This document shows positions 1 to 12,900 of a stretch of DNA of 64,000 nt, one piece after another. This DNA comes from Dudresnaya verticillata (Eukaryota). The DNA lies in NCBI GenBank assembly GCA_977862235.1, contig OZ374561.1, forward strand, positions 496,001-560,000, written 5' to 3'. The position numbers were made by a program, and so were the translations under genes. Under the pieces are notes generated by a model, which did no database searches, was not told the origin of the DNA, and saw only the letters and a list, made by a program, of their open reading frames with translations. How positions within the stretch are numbered: position 1 is the first letter of the stretch; each line of letters begins with the position of its first letter.

Positions 1-4
1 CGAG

Positions 5-50
5 CTGCATGCTGCACTATTGGCGCGCTGCATGCTGCACTAGTAGCGCA
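5..50. repeat. Short tandem duplication (GCTGCATGCTGCACTA, 2 copies, 23-bp period)
   Basis: Visible directly at the window start; may extend beyond the edge. Confidence 0.6.
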
Positions 51-788
51 CTTCCCCTCTACCAGCAGTGAACAGAAGCGCAATTGTTTGGTTACACACT
101 GCATGACCATTTCGCTGCAGTTCGAAACATGATGGAAGCGAGGTCAAACGAGTTAGAACAGTCCTGGAACTAGCCAGCTAGATTCGGGACGTGTTCTAGA
201 TTCCAGACTTGTTCTCATACTAGTAACCTGGTGGCACTCGCTCTCCTACGTAGTCGTTGACGCAACGGGAGCTCTCGAGAACGGTACTACATGCGATACT
301 CCTGATGCAATAATCTCTCGGTAAAATCTGAACACATGGCCAGCAGACGTGATGAAAACCAATTGATGTCCTTTCTTTTTGGAGACGAGGTCCTTATCCG
401 AGGAACATCCTTGGCAGCCGAACCCAAGTACGGAGATGTATTTCCTATGAACGGAGTGGATGCCGTCTAGTTCCCAACCCATCCTTGCAAGTGTTCAAAA
501 CCTTGCAATTGTGCCTCTCAGGCCCCGTATCTTACGTCTGTAATGTCGAGCTCAGCCTGCAGCCATATTGTCGAATTGATGACATTAGTCTTGCCAACCT
601 CACTCCGAGGACGACCTGGCCCTTTTGAAACCCTCTTGAGGAGTACAATGATATGCTTGCACCATGTTTCTGCTTCACAGTGCCCGTGCGAGTTGTTTAC
701 AAAATGGCAGTCCACTTGCACTCCGTTGACTACGCTTGCATCACAATGCCAACATACAGAATATTTAACCTAAAAACCCTAAAGCACC

Positions 789-2159
789 TCATCCAAAGAG
801 CTTCTGGATAGCGCTGAGAATATTGAGCTTCTCCAGATCGCCAAAGAATAGCACTCCTGAAAACGCAAGAAACAGTAGCAACGCCGTGCGGTTGATGGCG
901 TCCTGTACGCGTGTGGAGACTGGCGCACCTCTGAGTGCTTCGATAATTAGGAAAGTCATCTGGCCCCCATCCAAAGCGGGCAAAGGAAGGGAATTGATCA
1001 ACGCCAGGTTGATGCTAATGACGGCACAAAAGGTTAGCAAAGCAGCGGTATCATTTCTCGCGAGATCGGCACCCATGGAGACAACACCAATCGGGCCGGA
1101 CAAGTTCTGGGATGACCGACTGAAGTTTGAGACAATTGACGTAAGCCCTTTCCACGTTTGCTGGCCTAGCCTCGAGAACTCCTTGTTCGCCGTCTTGACC
1201 GCCTTGAGCATTGTTGGTGGGCGTACTCGTGTCACTGTTGCATTCGGCACCAACTGCACGCCCATGGCGGAGTTTCCATCCGGCGTGCAGCACTTGGGCC
1301 GCACGCGCAGGTCAAAGTCTTTCTCGCCTCGTTGCAAGCGGAAAGACATGGGGCGGCCACGCGACGTGCGGATCTTCTCCGCAACAACGCTGGCGTTGTC
1401 CAAGGACTCCAGCACGGGCTCGCCATCAACCGCAAGGATCACGTCTCCCGGGACAATCCCCGCTTCAGCTGCGGCTCCCTGCGAATCCACGACGTTCGCG
1501 ATTGACACACCCGGTGAGAAGGCATACGTCGGAAGGCCTAGCGACGACACTGATATGAAAATGCATGCCCAGGCCAGCGCCAAGTTCGCAATCACGCCTG
1601 CGGAGATCACAATAGCACGGTCCAGCAGCGGTCGGTTCTGCAGCAGGTTCGGGTCCGGATCCGGGACCGGGTCCTCCTCTGGGTCTTCAGGCGTCGACAT
1701 ATGGTCTGGGAAAGCGACGTAACCGCCCAGCGGGAGTAGACGAAGCGTGAACTCCGTCTCAGAGTCTGGAGGGGTATAGTTGAGCAGCGGCGGTCCAAAG
1801 CCGATGGAGAAGTTCTTCACACGGATTCCTTGGAGACGAGCGGCGAGGAAGTGTCCAGATTCATGCACAAAGATTATGAAGCCTAGCAGGAAGACGCCAG
1901 CCCCGGTGCTGGCTAGCGTCGAAAGCGAGGAGAGCAGCGTGGCCGTTGGTGTCAGCCGTGTCGGAGCCGGGGGCGGTGGTGAGTCGGCGCATGGCGGCGG
2001 CGGTGCCGGCGGAGCAGCTGGCCGAGGGCGCTTTGCGAATTGTCCACGAGGAACTGCGCGCAGCAGCGACGAAGTGCCGGGCGGGCGCAATGCACGGGCT
2101 AGAGAGGGCGTACAAGGGCAGAAGGCGGGCATGAGCGCACGGCGAGGCGGCCGCTGCAT
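789..2159 (-). CDS. rseP: Plastid-targeted site-2 (M50) intramembrane zinc metalloprotease, RseP/AraSP-like, with PDZ domain
   Basis: HExxH motif (FVHESGH), FSIGFGP and LLPLGGYV motifs, PDZ-like segment (AAEAGIVPGDVILAVDG), C-terminal NxLPLPALDGG motif; Ser/Pro/Arg-rich N-terminal transit-peptide-like extension; single exon. Confidence 0.93.
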   Translation of the reverse strand: MQRPPRRALMPAFCPCTPSLARALRPPGTSSLLRAVPRGQFAKRPRPAAPPAPPPPCADSPPPPAPTRLTPTATLLSSLSTLASTGAGVFLLGFIIFVHESGHFLAARLQGIRVKNFSIGFGPPLLNYTPPDSETEFTLRLLPLGGYVAFPDHMSTPEDPEEDPVPDPDPNLLQNRPLLDRAIVISAGVIANLALAWACIFISVSSLGLPTYAFSPGVSIANVVDSQGAAAEAGIVPGDVILAVDGEPVLESLDNASVVAEKIRTSRGRPMSFRLQRGEKDFDLRVRPKCCTPDGNSAMGVQLVPNATVTRVRPPTMLKAVKTANKEFSRLGQQTWKGLTSIVSNFSRSSQNLSGPIGVVSMGADLARNDTAALLTFCAVISINLALINSLPLPALDGGQMTFLIIEALRGAPVSTRVQDAINRTALLLFLAFSGVLFFGDLEKLNILSAIQKLFG

Positions 2160-2649
2160 GCTGGGTTATGTTTGCTGCGACGGGTGGGGTGGGGGGTTTG
2201 GTAGGGGGGAGGAAGCTGGACTTCGGGAGGGGTAGGCGGATGTCGGGCACGGTGATGTCGGGAGTCGGAGGCGTCGGCGAGATTGAGTAGGCAAGCGTGA
2301 GACCAGCAGGCGGATTTCCGCCGCTCAACCAGCAGTTGCGGTCCGTGATGATGCCACGGGGTATGATATGCGGTCTTCCTACCGTACGAGAGAGATCTTC
2401 ACTTGGCAAATTGATTCGTTTGGAGGCCGTGCAGTTTTCCGCGTGGTGCTCCATACGCTGCTCATTCTTCAGATCCAGATTTACAGCACATTACAGGACA
2501 TACGACTACGCATCTGCGCGAGGGCCATCACCGTCAAGCGCCCTCATCACCGGCCCTTGTCATCTGGAAAAGCTTGCACGGAATGTTCTCACCAGCGACG
2601 GTGCTCCTCCTCAGTCCCCGGCACTGACTTCGTGGGAGCTCCCTCAACA

Positions 2650-2883
2650 ATGCTGGGGCAAACCGTCGATAATGCGGCACCCAACGAGAGCCCTTCCACT
2701 TTGCGTCGCCGGGTGCACCAGGGCCAGCACTCTCCACAGCGGGGCCACGACGACCACGACGACGACCACGACGACGACCACGACGAGCCCAACCATTTCG
2801 CAATTTTTATGATCCTCAACGTCGCGATAGGCGTCATCGTCTACCTGGTTTACCACGCTCTCAACGTGTACCACAACCGTTAG
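2650..2883 (+). CDS. Possible small tail-anchored membrane protein (77 aa) with His/Asp repeat
   Basis: ATG 2650 (MLGQTV...), HDDHDDDHDDDHDE run, then one hydrophobic helix (FAIFMILNVAIGVIVYLVY) near the C-terminus. The ORF is also open from 2368. No recognised homology. Confidence 0.4.
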   Translation: MLGQTVDNAAPNESPSTLRRRVHQGQHSPQRGHDDHDDDHDDDHDEPNHFAIFMILNVAIGVIVYLVYHALNVYHNR

Positions 2884-4359
2884 CCGCCCCACTCATCCTC
2901 GTCCATTCCGGGAGTAACGGGGCTGCCAAACTCGAAGTCAAGCGCGCGCACACCAAATTCCCCGTCAAGCCGAATAGCCGGTACGCCTTTCTTCCCTTTC
3001 TGGATCTTCCGCAGCGCCGGTTCCTCCACCTCTGGTTCCGCTTGTGTCCAATCGTGATCATGCAGCCCGCGCATATCGATTCGCTTGCGCGCGTCCTTCT
3101 CCAGCGCCTGCTCTAGCACGTCGCGAGCACCAGCCGAGATCCACTCCGGCACCTTCAACGAATCGCGAACCTGGATCTGCTCCAATATCGTGTCTGTATC
3201 CCCAGAGTCACCTGTGTACGGCAGATACCCGGCCAGACACGCGTAAAGTACCATACCGCAGCTCCACACATCGAGCTTCTTCGCGTCATAACCTTCTTGC
3301 TGATCGCAAAGAAGCTCTGGGGGCATGTACTATAGGTCTGTTAGAGGTTGTTTGCAATGGCAAGATGATGCTTGGGTTTAGCGGCGGAGGCCTACCTTTG
3401 GTGTACCACAGGGCGTTTTCATGAGCTCTGAAGAACCGTCACTGTTTGATGGAGTGTTGTCATCACGACACCAGCCCATGCCGAAGTCTGCTATCTGAAT
3501 GCGCCACATGCGGGCCAGTGCAAATCGTGCCGCCGATATGCAAAAGTTAGCACTCCGCAATAATCAGAAGAGCAGAGACACAAACGGGAGAGGCATCTTA
3601 CCTTTATGTTTTCTTTTGACTCATCAAGCAAGATGTTCTCTGGCTGTGTGACAAGTGGGTGAAAAACCGCGAGCCAGTTTGAAAGACAAGAATGGCACAA
3701 GTTAGAGGCGATCGAAGTACTGGACTCAAAGTTGACATCTGCAATGGCTCACATATCACATACCTTAATGTCGCGATGCATTATCTGCTTGTCGTGTGCA
3801 TACGCCAAAGCGCTTGTTAGCTGACGAAAGTATCTTCTGGCCATATCTTCTTCAAGGTGAATGTTGTCAATGATTTGTTGATAGAGCTCACCTCCTTTAA
3901 CATATTCCAAGAACATATACGTGCAAGTCTACGTCCGCCACGGTCGTCGGGCTGTGATGTCAGTCCATGCACTCGTGCGTTATCTTCGTGTATGCACTGC
4001 AAACTCAAGTTACGTACCCTTGACTTCAAAATGCGTTGTACTCGGACGATATTCGGATGATCAAGCGTCTGTAGTATCTTGCTTTCTCGACGCACCTGTT
4101 GCTCGTAAACTTTCGAGTCCAACCGCCTTCGGTCGATAACTTTCACTGCATATTGCTCACCGCTGTCCCACAAAGTTGTTAGATCGTTCTGACCGCGTTA
4201 TGGTTTCTGTTCACGCTTTGCTTACACTTACCTTTTCTCGTCATGTGCCAACCTAACCGAAGCAAAGGTGCCCTTTCCGATTTCCTCCCCTAGGACAAAG
4301 TTTCCGATTTTCACAGGTCTTGCAGCCTTCCTTTGAAGACGACCTTGGTTGAAGGACAT
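2880..4359 (-). CDS. Ser/Thr protein kinase, CAMK group (SnRK/CIPK-like), 6 exons, 342 aa
   Basis: Hand-spliced exons 4232-4359, 4018-4162, 3764-3928, 3602-3643, 3396-3494, 2880-3329 (all introns GT-AG; total 1029 nt, in frame). Gives GEEIGKGTFA, YAVK, HPNIV, HRDIKPEN, DFG, TPCGTPKYMPPE and DVWSCG motifs. Confidence 0.9.
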
Positions 4360-6988
4360 GGCAGAAAGTTACTGTGTGCTGCAAGAAGCGGACGGGAGGT
4401 TTTGACAATCTCGCGCGTGCTAGTCCGGATGTAATGTATTGGGAATTACTCAATACAGAAACTCTGTACCATCTCTAGACTAGGAGGTAATGGCTTCACG
4501 GTACTTCTGAAAAAAATGCTGGACCATGGGCACACACATTCGTGGGCTCATGTTCGTGGCATGCGACTTGCGAAAGGCGTGAAAAGTCTTGAATGCACTT
4601 CGGACTCCAAGTGAGGTTTGCCACTGCCTGGCTACAAATGAATGTGTAGTCTTTCAGATTGTGAGATCATTTTTGTTTTTGTCATTCTAGTGTTGGAAAG
4701 GTGGCTCACCGGCAAACTAAATGCAAAGCAGCTGGTTTGACAGCCGCAGCGAGCAGCGCCGGGACGGCTCTGAAATGTTTTCCTCATTGCCCGGTAGCAT
4801 TGAGGGTTTCGATCTTTTTTGAAATGCTGCACTTTGTTACAAAATCTATGTGAAACTAAAGCTGAGTCTAATGCAAACATATAGCAGCGGGGCTCAGAGA
4901 TGCATTCGACAGTGGACCAACTGATTACAAGGCCTAAACTGAGCAACGGAGCCCGTAGTGAGCCCATAATCTACCTCTCCAACTTTCAGACAATCCCAAA
5001 GGTTGTCGATTGTGGGCCCAGCTAAGTCCTACGTTCATACCGCACTACACCTACACCTACAGTACAAGTCCCAGAAATTACTAGTCTCAGTGTGACGGAA
5101 GCATATCAGCAGCAAATAATGACCCACAAGCATTCTAGGGGTAGGAAGCACTCATCTCGGGCTTGTTTGCATTACGGTTACCTGCCTAGACGGGTTTGTG
5201 GGAGTAAACAGGAATGGTGGAAGGCTGTCTATTTCAGACGTTCATGCGTTTGCCTGACGCATGAAACAGGGGGACTTGTTTCTAAGAAAACAGGCATCCT
5301 CAAAAGCCATGACAATCTGAGAACACATTGCTTAGCCATCAACCTGTGCTTTATTTTCTTGGCGTTTGGTGGAATTGAGATATTTCATTGAAGCTTGCGT
5401 TGTTTCTACAGAAGTGGGTGGATTTCTGTTGCGTATGGAGCCTGGAAATAGAATTTTGAGTAGCGACTGGGAATGGATGTATCCTTCTTGGCACTAGTTA
5501 CTGGATTCTGCTACTACTTATTCGTAAAAGCCCCGACTGATAGTTGTAGTGGCCGTTGCGGAGATTGGGTGGTTGATGTTTGAGGAGGTTCATGGGTGTC
5601 TCAAGCATGCGTTACTTTTGTAAACGACACCAGTAATGAAGCAGAGAACCTGGAACCCTTATCAGCAACATTGGAACATAGTAGAACAAACTCTCCCCTC
5701 TAGAAGAATGGATGTGAGAGTCGATTGGCGACTACGGTGCAGAGCGTTTCTTGCAATCCTGCAAATGCTTTCGTGCCCAAATGGCTGTGGACCACAGGTG
5801 AACTAGGAAACTTGTTTAACGAGATGCCGCGAAATGAATGCATATCTCCGCTAGAATATATTATGGCGGAGTCTCTCCAAGGTGGCCCCCGTGATGGATG
5901 AGGTTCATCTGTTGACAGAAAACAGGGCGTTTTATGGGCCTTGAAAGGTTTAGTTACAGTTGTGACATATATCGGGGGTAGTGCAGTATAAAAGAAACTC
6001 TAATGGTCTGATGGAGCAATTTGCTCCAGCTTGAGGGCATATCTCAATGCTGGAAGGCGAGTCTACCCAGGATGGTGATGCTGAGCACTTGACTCCGTAG
6101 CGAGGCACCTTCCAGCAGTAGACAGAACTGGAAGGTTCGAGTTGAGGGAGCGTTGCTCAGTTTGCAGATTTTGTGCAGCGCAGCATAGTTTAGGCAGCCT
6201 CTCTTTGTCGCAGAGTAGTGGGTGAGCGGATCGCGTAGCGTGCAGGCGGTTTGCTCAGAGGCGAGGGAAGCTCCACTCTAATTGCAGGGCTGCTATCCTG
6301 TTCTGTGGAAGTGATGTGTGTGTTTTTTGATAAAAAGTTTTTGTGCTCTTCTCTCCAAGGTGAAGGGAAGGGACTGTAACTTCTGGCGCAGCTCCAGGGT
6401 CAGTTCCATCCTGTGTGGATGGGGCCGGCAATAGGGGACTGTCAGTTTCCGGGCCGTGGAGAAGGCCACGCTCGGTAATTAACAACGGGGACTGCAGTTT
6501 GGTGCCATGCCATTTATTCTGGAAATAAATTGGCAACTCACAGATGATGCATCGACGTGGCGCACTGCGATTTGCTTCAATGGAGGGCGTGGACTTGTCA
6601 CGCGCCGTGACCAATTGCGCCGCCGCCAGCCAGCAAGGTGTCCAAACCAGCTCACATTCACTGCTGTAAGTATTCTGTAATTCACACATTCACCAACTTT
6701 CAAATCTTCAAAGCTTTTCCTTCGCTCCGTTCTAATGCACTGCAAGTCCGCCCTTTTGCCTCGCTCGCTTCGCCTTCCTGACCTGTCCTCCCCCGTCCGC
6801 TTCCAATGCCACCAACGCCGCCCCCTGGCCCTTGTCACCCACCCTCTCAACTGCCCACCGACGCACTAACCCCACGGCTGCTACACCCGTCTCACACCTC
6901 CGCCCCTCCCCGCCCTCCCACCTAGTCTCGTCTCCCTCGCTCTGTCTGCGCGCGCGTGCGCATCGCGATACGCCCACACCAACAGCGC

Positions 6989-9900
6989 ATGGAGCAGACG
7001 AGCGACCCCGTTGCCGAGTTCGCGAAGCTCCCGCTGCCGGACCGCGTCGCCCACAAGAATTGGAAGGTCCGGGAGGCCGCGTACCGCGAGCTCACCGACA
7101 AGCTCAAGTTCGCCGAGGAGGATGCCCGTATCTACTCCGACTTTTTCCCCACCTTGGGCAAGATCGTCCGCGATGCAAACGCACCTGCCCAGCTGGCCGG
7201 CTTCGACGCCGTCGCAAAGTACGCAGATACCGCTCCCGCACCGCTAGTCCGCCGCGCTGCCGCGGATCTTACGAAGGGTATTGTTGATAAGGGCCTTTCC
7301 GGACGCCCAGCCAACAAGGCGAAGGCTGTGGAGGCCTTCCTAATGCTCGTTGGAGCCGACTGTGGTGATATTGTTGCCGACGTTATGGCATCGCATGCGT
7401 TTAAGCATCGCACCCCAAAGGTCGTTGCCGCTGCTGTCGATGCGCTCACCACCGCTATTGATACCTATGGTGCGGGTGCTGTCGCCGTGAAGCCCATAGC
7501 CACAAAGCTGCCTCCCTTGTTCGGCCACTCGCAGGAGATGGTCAGAAATGCAGCGAAAGCTCTGGCAATTGAATTGCATCGTTGGGTTGGCGATTCAATT
7601 AAGGTTGTGGTCAAATCTGCGAAGGAAGTAACCATTAAGGAGGTAGAAGCTGCATTTGCAAAGCATGCTGGGAAGGGGAAGCCCCAACCGAAAAAGCTGA
7701 CTAGGTCGATGGAACAGCGCGTGCGGGAGCGTGGTGCGGGCGGCGATGACGTTGATAGCGATGATGGATTTGGTGACGGTGGTCCAGAAGAGGAAGAACT
7801 TGACCTCGCTGAAGAGATTAATCTACTCGAAAAGTTGGCAAAGGTCAAGATTGAAGTTGAAGAAGGAGTTATGAAAGACTGGTACACTGCGGTCGACTCG
7901 AAAAAATGGAGTGCGCGGAAGCAAGCTTTGGACACTGCCGTCAACGTCATCGGCGAAGCTCGACTTACTCCGGCGAGTCACCAAGAGGTTTTTTCCCGGC
8001 TCCGAAAGATTTTGGCTAAGGACTCGAATGTGAACGTAGTGGCATCTGCAGCTAAGCTTGTGCGAGCGATGTGTGGTGGATTGAAAAAGCAGTTTCCTCA
8101 TGGAGCAGCGAAGGCCCTCACGGTTGACTTGTTCGGTAGACTCAAGGAGAAGAACCGCGTGGTTGTCGACACAGTTTCGGGGGCGCTCGACGCTCTACAT
8201 TCGAAGAAATGCATACGAGTTTTCGAAATGCTTGAAGAAATCAGTACTGCGGCGAAGCATAAGGTTCCAAAAGCGAGATGTGAGCTCCTCTCTTGGCTTG
8301 GACGTTGCGTAAGGGAAGGTACTTCTGGGGCAGACTTGAAAGGGCCTCCACTGAAGTGTTTTGGACTTCTCTTTCTCAAAGCTACGGACGACTCTGCGCC
8401 AGAAGTAAGGGACGCCGGTTTGGGTGGGTTAGCTTCTCTGGAAAAGGTAGTGGGCGAGAGAAATGTGGCAATCTACTTGGAAAAGTTGGACAAGAAGAGG
8501 AAGGACAAGGTCGCTGCCATTGTTGCCGAACTGCCGGAACCACGAAAGGTCGCTGCAAGCAAGCCAAAGCCTTCGTCATCGCCCAAGCCCAAACCAGTGG
8601 CAAAGCCCAAGGCCAAGACGAAAACTAGCACTGCAGGAAGGGCACCTGCTAAAGGCAAGAAGGGCGCTTCCCCCGCGAAGCGTCCCAAAGCTGCTAAACC
8701 GGTACGCCCTGTTATTGAAGAAAGCGATGACGAAGGCGAAATATCACACTCTCCTGAAGATGCGTTGGACCTCGCAGCGGAGCGCTTTGAGGGCTTTGAA
8801 AAGGACCAGTGGAGAGCCAAGAGTTTCAAGGCAAGAGTGGCCATCGTTGGGCTCGTCAATGACGGTTTGCGCGAGACGGGGGTTTTCTCAAAGCAAGATG
8901 TTTCTCTTGCCCTCGGTCTTCTATCGTGCGCGCCGGGTTTGGCAGACAGCAACTTCATGGCGTTAAAGCCAAAGCTAGAGCTTTTCGGCATGGTGGCTTC
9001 TCGGTGTTCGAACCCGCCTCCGCGAAAGTCACTACGACCTCTTCTCCGCAACTCTGTGGAGAAGCTTGGAGACATCAAATCTGCAAAAATGGCTGGGGAG
9101 ATAATGATGTCCTTTGCAGAGGCTACGAGTCCGCGCTATTTTTTTGAGATCTTAGCGGAGGCTATCCTGGAAACGAACAATGGCAGAGCCGTTATTGCTA
9201 TGCTGAAGTTCGCCGGCAAGATAGTGGAGGATTTTGGTATGTCATCAGTACCTGAGAAATCTTTGACGAAAGTTGCAGTTGCCAACATCGGGAACGCAAC
9301 TCCGGCTGCAAGAACTGCGGCACTAGCCTTAGCGTGCAAGGCTGCTTCCCGGCTAAAAGAAGGACAGTTTCGGAAGCTGATGGAAAATTGTGATGCGTCT
9401 GAGGAGGTTCTGGAACTGTTCGATGGCGAAATCCAGAAGTATGGGAGAGAGCCCGACCCACCAACGAGGAAGAAACGATTCGGGCCGTTGGCAGCATCCG
9501 CTGTGAGCAATCAGGTATCTGAGACGCCTACTGACGCCAATGATAGTGAGCAGGAGCCTGCGCCTGTTGTTCGAGCACAGGGAGGTGAGACCCTGCTCGC
9601 TAAGGGTGTCGACAGATTTGCAAATGCTGAAGAGCCACCAGTGATTGAAGCGCAGGTTGATCGGCCTCGCGTCCGAGTTTCGATTGCTGAACACTTCATG
9701 CCGGGTGCAAGAATATTCCTTGAGTTGAAGAATTCGAACTGGAAGAAGCGGCAAGACGCTCTTGCAGCTATTAACAAGGTCATGGAGGATGCGCATGACT
9801 TCATCAAACCGGATCTAGGAACAGAAATTATGATTGCAATTCGCGCTAGGCTGAGTGATAGCAATCGAAACCTCGCCACAGCGGCGTATGAAGTTGTCGG

Positions 9901-12900
9901 CAGACTGATTCGTGCTTTGGGACCTGACGGCGCGGTGGCCCTTAAGCTGCTTGCTCCAGCGGTCATGGGGCATGGATGTGTAGATATCAAAAAGACCGTA
10001 CGGGAGGCCGCTACGAAGGTGCTATGGAGCTGGTTTGATGTCCTTGGTCTGTCTCCTTTAGTACCATTTTGCAATCTTCCGCTGGCGTCGTTGAACTCAG
10101 GTTTCCGAAAGGAGTTTTTAGAATGGCTGGTACCACGGCTTCAAGGTGGAGTAGGATCTTTTGATGCGAGTGCGGAAGATTTACATCCGCTTGTTGATCC
10201 GATTTTGGTATGTCTTCGGGACCGTACAGCAGAGGTACGGCACCTGGCGGATCAAGTACTCGAACAGGTAATTAGAAGTGTGGGCATCGGGGCACTAGAC
10301 GCCAAGCTGGCGAATATGACAAAGTCGGCACGGCACCAGATTGAGCCGATACTAGAAAAGCATCGCAGTGGTCCGCAGGCTAATTCTGGATCTGAAGTGC
10401 AAGGGGGAAAGTTTTCAAGCGTATCAACGCCTAGAGCTGGTCGCGACAGGCCGCGCTCCATGGCTGTTCCTCGCACTCCGGGTGCTCGTCGTGGTGTCTT
10501 CAGTGGGGATGATCCAGGGACTCCAGCTGGTGCTGGGGCTAGGCGTCCGCGGCCTGCGAGCGCTCGGGTTTCTCCAATGGTTGCCTCTGGTGCTGGGTTT
10601 GGCGCAGCTGCAGCACGGTTGGATACAAACTTATTGCTGCAGAACGATGGACGAGATGTGAGGGCACGCCGCTTCATGAACAACCGACGGCAGTTCATGG
10701 AGGAGCTGACCCAAGTCGATCCATCAGGCGAGATACAGCCTATGATAAGTGAGGACATTGAGGATATTGCAGCTGACCTAGCGGAATGCTGCGCTCCTGC
10801 TTTGTGCTTAAAACTGACCGCCCCTGCAAATCGCTTTCGCATGCACGTGGAGGCAATAGAATTGGTTTCGGCACACCTTGAGAGCAGCCCGGAGACTCTT
10901 ATGTTTGGTGCCGACGTGCTTCTACGGTGGGCTGCATGCAGAATTGAAGACTCGCGCACTCCTCCCACAGTTCTTGTCAAATTGGCCAGTTTCGTGTCGA
11001 ACATCTGTGAAATACTGATGTCATCTGGAGCAAAGATCGGAGAATATGAAACTAGTGCGATTCTGCCCCCCGTTGTCGAGAAATGTGGAAGTAACCGAGA
11101 GACCATTCGACAAGCAATGCGAACTGCGCTACTGGCTTTGGGCGATGTTGTTGAAGATGAGGTGATGTTAATCTTGCTATCCTCTTGCTTGAGGTATACT
11201 TTGACTCCCTTTGCATATGACGAAGTGTCAGTTGAGATATGCCGCTTGCTGGACAAGCGATGTGGGTCCGGAGCAGGCATGCCTCCCGGTGTTTTGTCTA
11301 CTATCGGGAGAGTTGCCGGTGGGGAAGATGACAGTGCGGGTCGCGCTGCTGCCGTCTGCCTGGAGCGAGCTCATGAGTTTTTCGGGGATGACTTGTGGAA
11401 CTTGGTAGGAGACTTGTCTAACGATCAGGCTGCGCTGCTGGATGATCGGCTGAAGGGTGTAAGCGGTCGAAGTATGGACGCTGCTTCTCCTTTGAGACGG
11501 GAAGCGCATGAAGTGCTTGGCGCCGTGGCCCAGGAGGATGCTGTTGACGATAGCAGTGTCGTTACTGCAACTGAGCCCGGCCTTCCGAGCGATATTCGTA
11601 ACGAAGACTTCAGATTATCTGTCGCTCCAGCTCCCCCAAGCAGTGTAATTACATCAATATCTGAGTCCCTTAATACTGCCACCCCAGTGAAGACTCGCAT
11701 GGAAACGCAGCCGGATACTATACCATCGACTCCCTCGCTACCAGTGCAGTCACATGGTGGTGTCGGAAGCAATGAAGACGAGGAGTTAGCGTCGGATATT
11801 CTGCTTAGGTTGCAGAGTGAAGATCGCGACTTGCAACTGTCCGGCCTGGCTTCGCTTTTCGATGACTTAAAAAACGAATCAGTGCTTCTTCGATCCGCAG
11901 GAGGTGCGCAGTTGTTGCTTCAACTCGTACGGTGTTTTGTGAACACCTTGGCACGGTTGGAAGGGAATTCAGCTGTGGAAGATGATCCTGCGGTTTTAAA
12001 GTCCTTTTTAAAGGGGGTAATCCGTTTTGCTAGGGAACCGCAATTGTTACGACGTTTGGATCAGTCAGCTGTAGAGCGGCTACTAGGCGACGCCCTGAGG
12101 GCAATGATTCCGCAGACGGTGGAAGGTGTGGAAGATTGGGATCAAGTGAGAAGGGGCGTGAATCTGATGATTGTCAAGGTTCTGGAGTCATGTGATCAAA
12201 ACTTGCTTTACACAGCAATGATCAACTTGCTCCTCCAGAACCTAAAAGCAATCCAGAACCCTGGATCCGATGAAGTGTCTTCTGCTCTGGCGAGGTCCTC
12301 TATCTGCATCAAGTCAATTGCCAAAGTAACGAAGCGCGGTTTCGCTGATTGCCGGGTTAACGCTCTACTCCGGGACATTCACTTGTTCCTCATGGCGAAT
12401 CCAGTACGACGTGAAGGCTCTGCAGCCTCTACAGAGGATCAAACTTTCGCAATGCGACTGTTGAAAACCGTTGTCAACTCTATTATTGATGAGATCGGGT
12501 CAGACATATGCTTACATCTGGATTTAATTCCGCAACCGGATAAGTCCCAGCTTGTGCAGTATATTGACATGACGCTGATTGACTTGCGCCGTGCCAATGG
12601 TGATTCTGCCGATGCTGCTGCTGTTGCTTTGGGAAGGCGGCGAGAGGCCGAATCATCAGTCGAGAGCTGCTTGCAGAAGATTGAGCGACAGCAAGACAAA
12701 GATTCCTCTCTACGGCAGTTGCGTTCAGTCCTTGGTTGGTGTCCTGAAGTTGATCTTGGTCCGCATCTCGAGAAATACTCAGAGCGCACGAGAGTCTTCG
12801 TTGCTGAAGGTCTGAGGAAGCCAAGGAGACCGAGCTTGGGGGAGACTGTTGAAGACGAGACAGAGGTTCGAAAGCTGGAGTCGCAAGTAAGCTTCCTTGG

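Noticed and set aside
518..721. SWIM-like zinc finger (HC...CKH) suggesting a Mutator relic
   Set aside because: Only a partial motif in a 67-codon ORF; no transposase context or TIRs.
823..1722. Long antisense ORFs opposite real genes (e.g. 823-1722, 10252-11280, 41513-42394)
   Set aside because: Shadow ORFs caused by codon bias of the sense gene.
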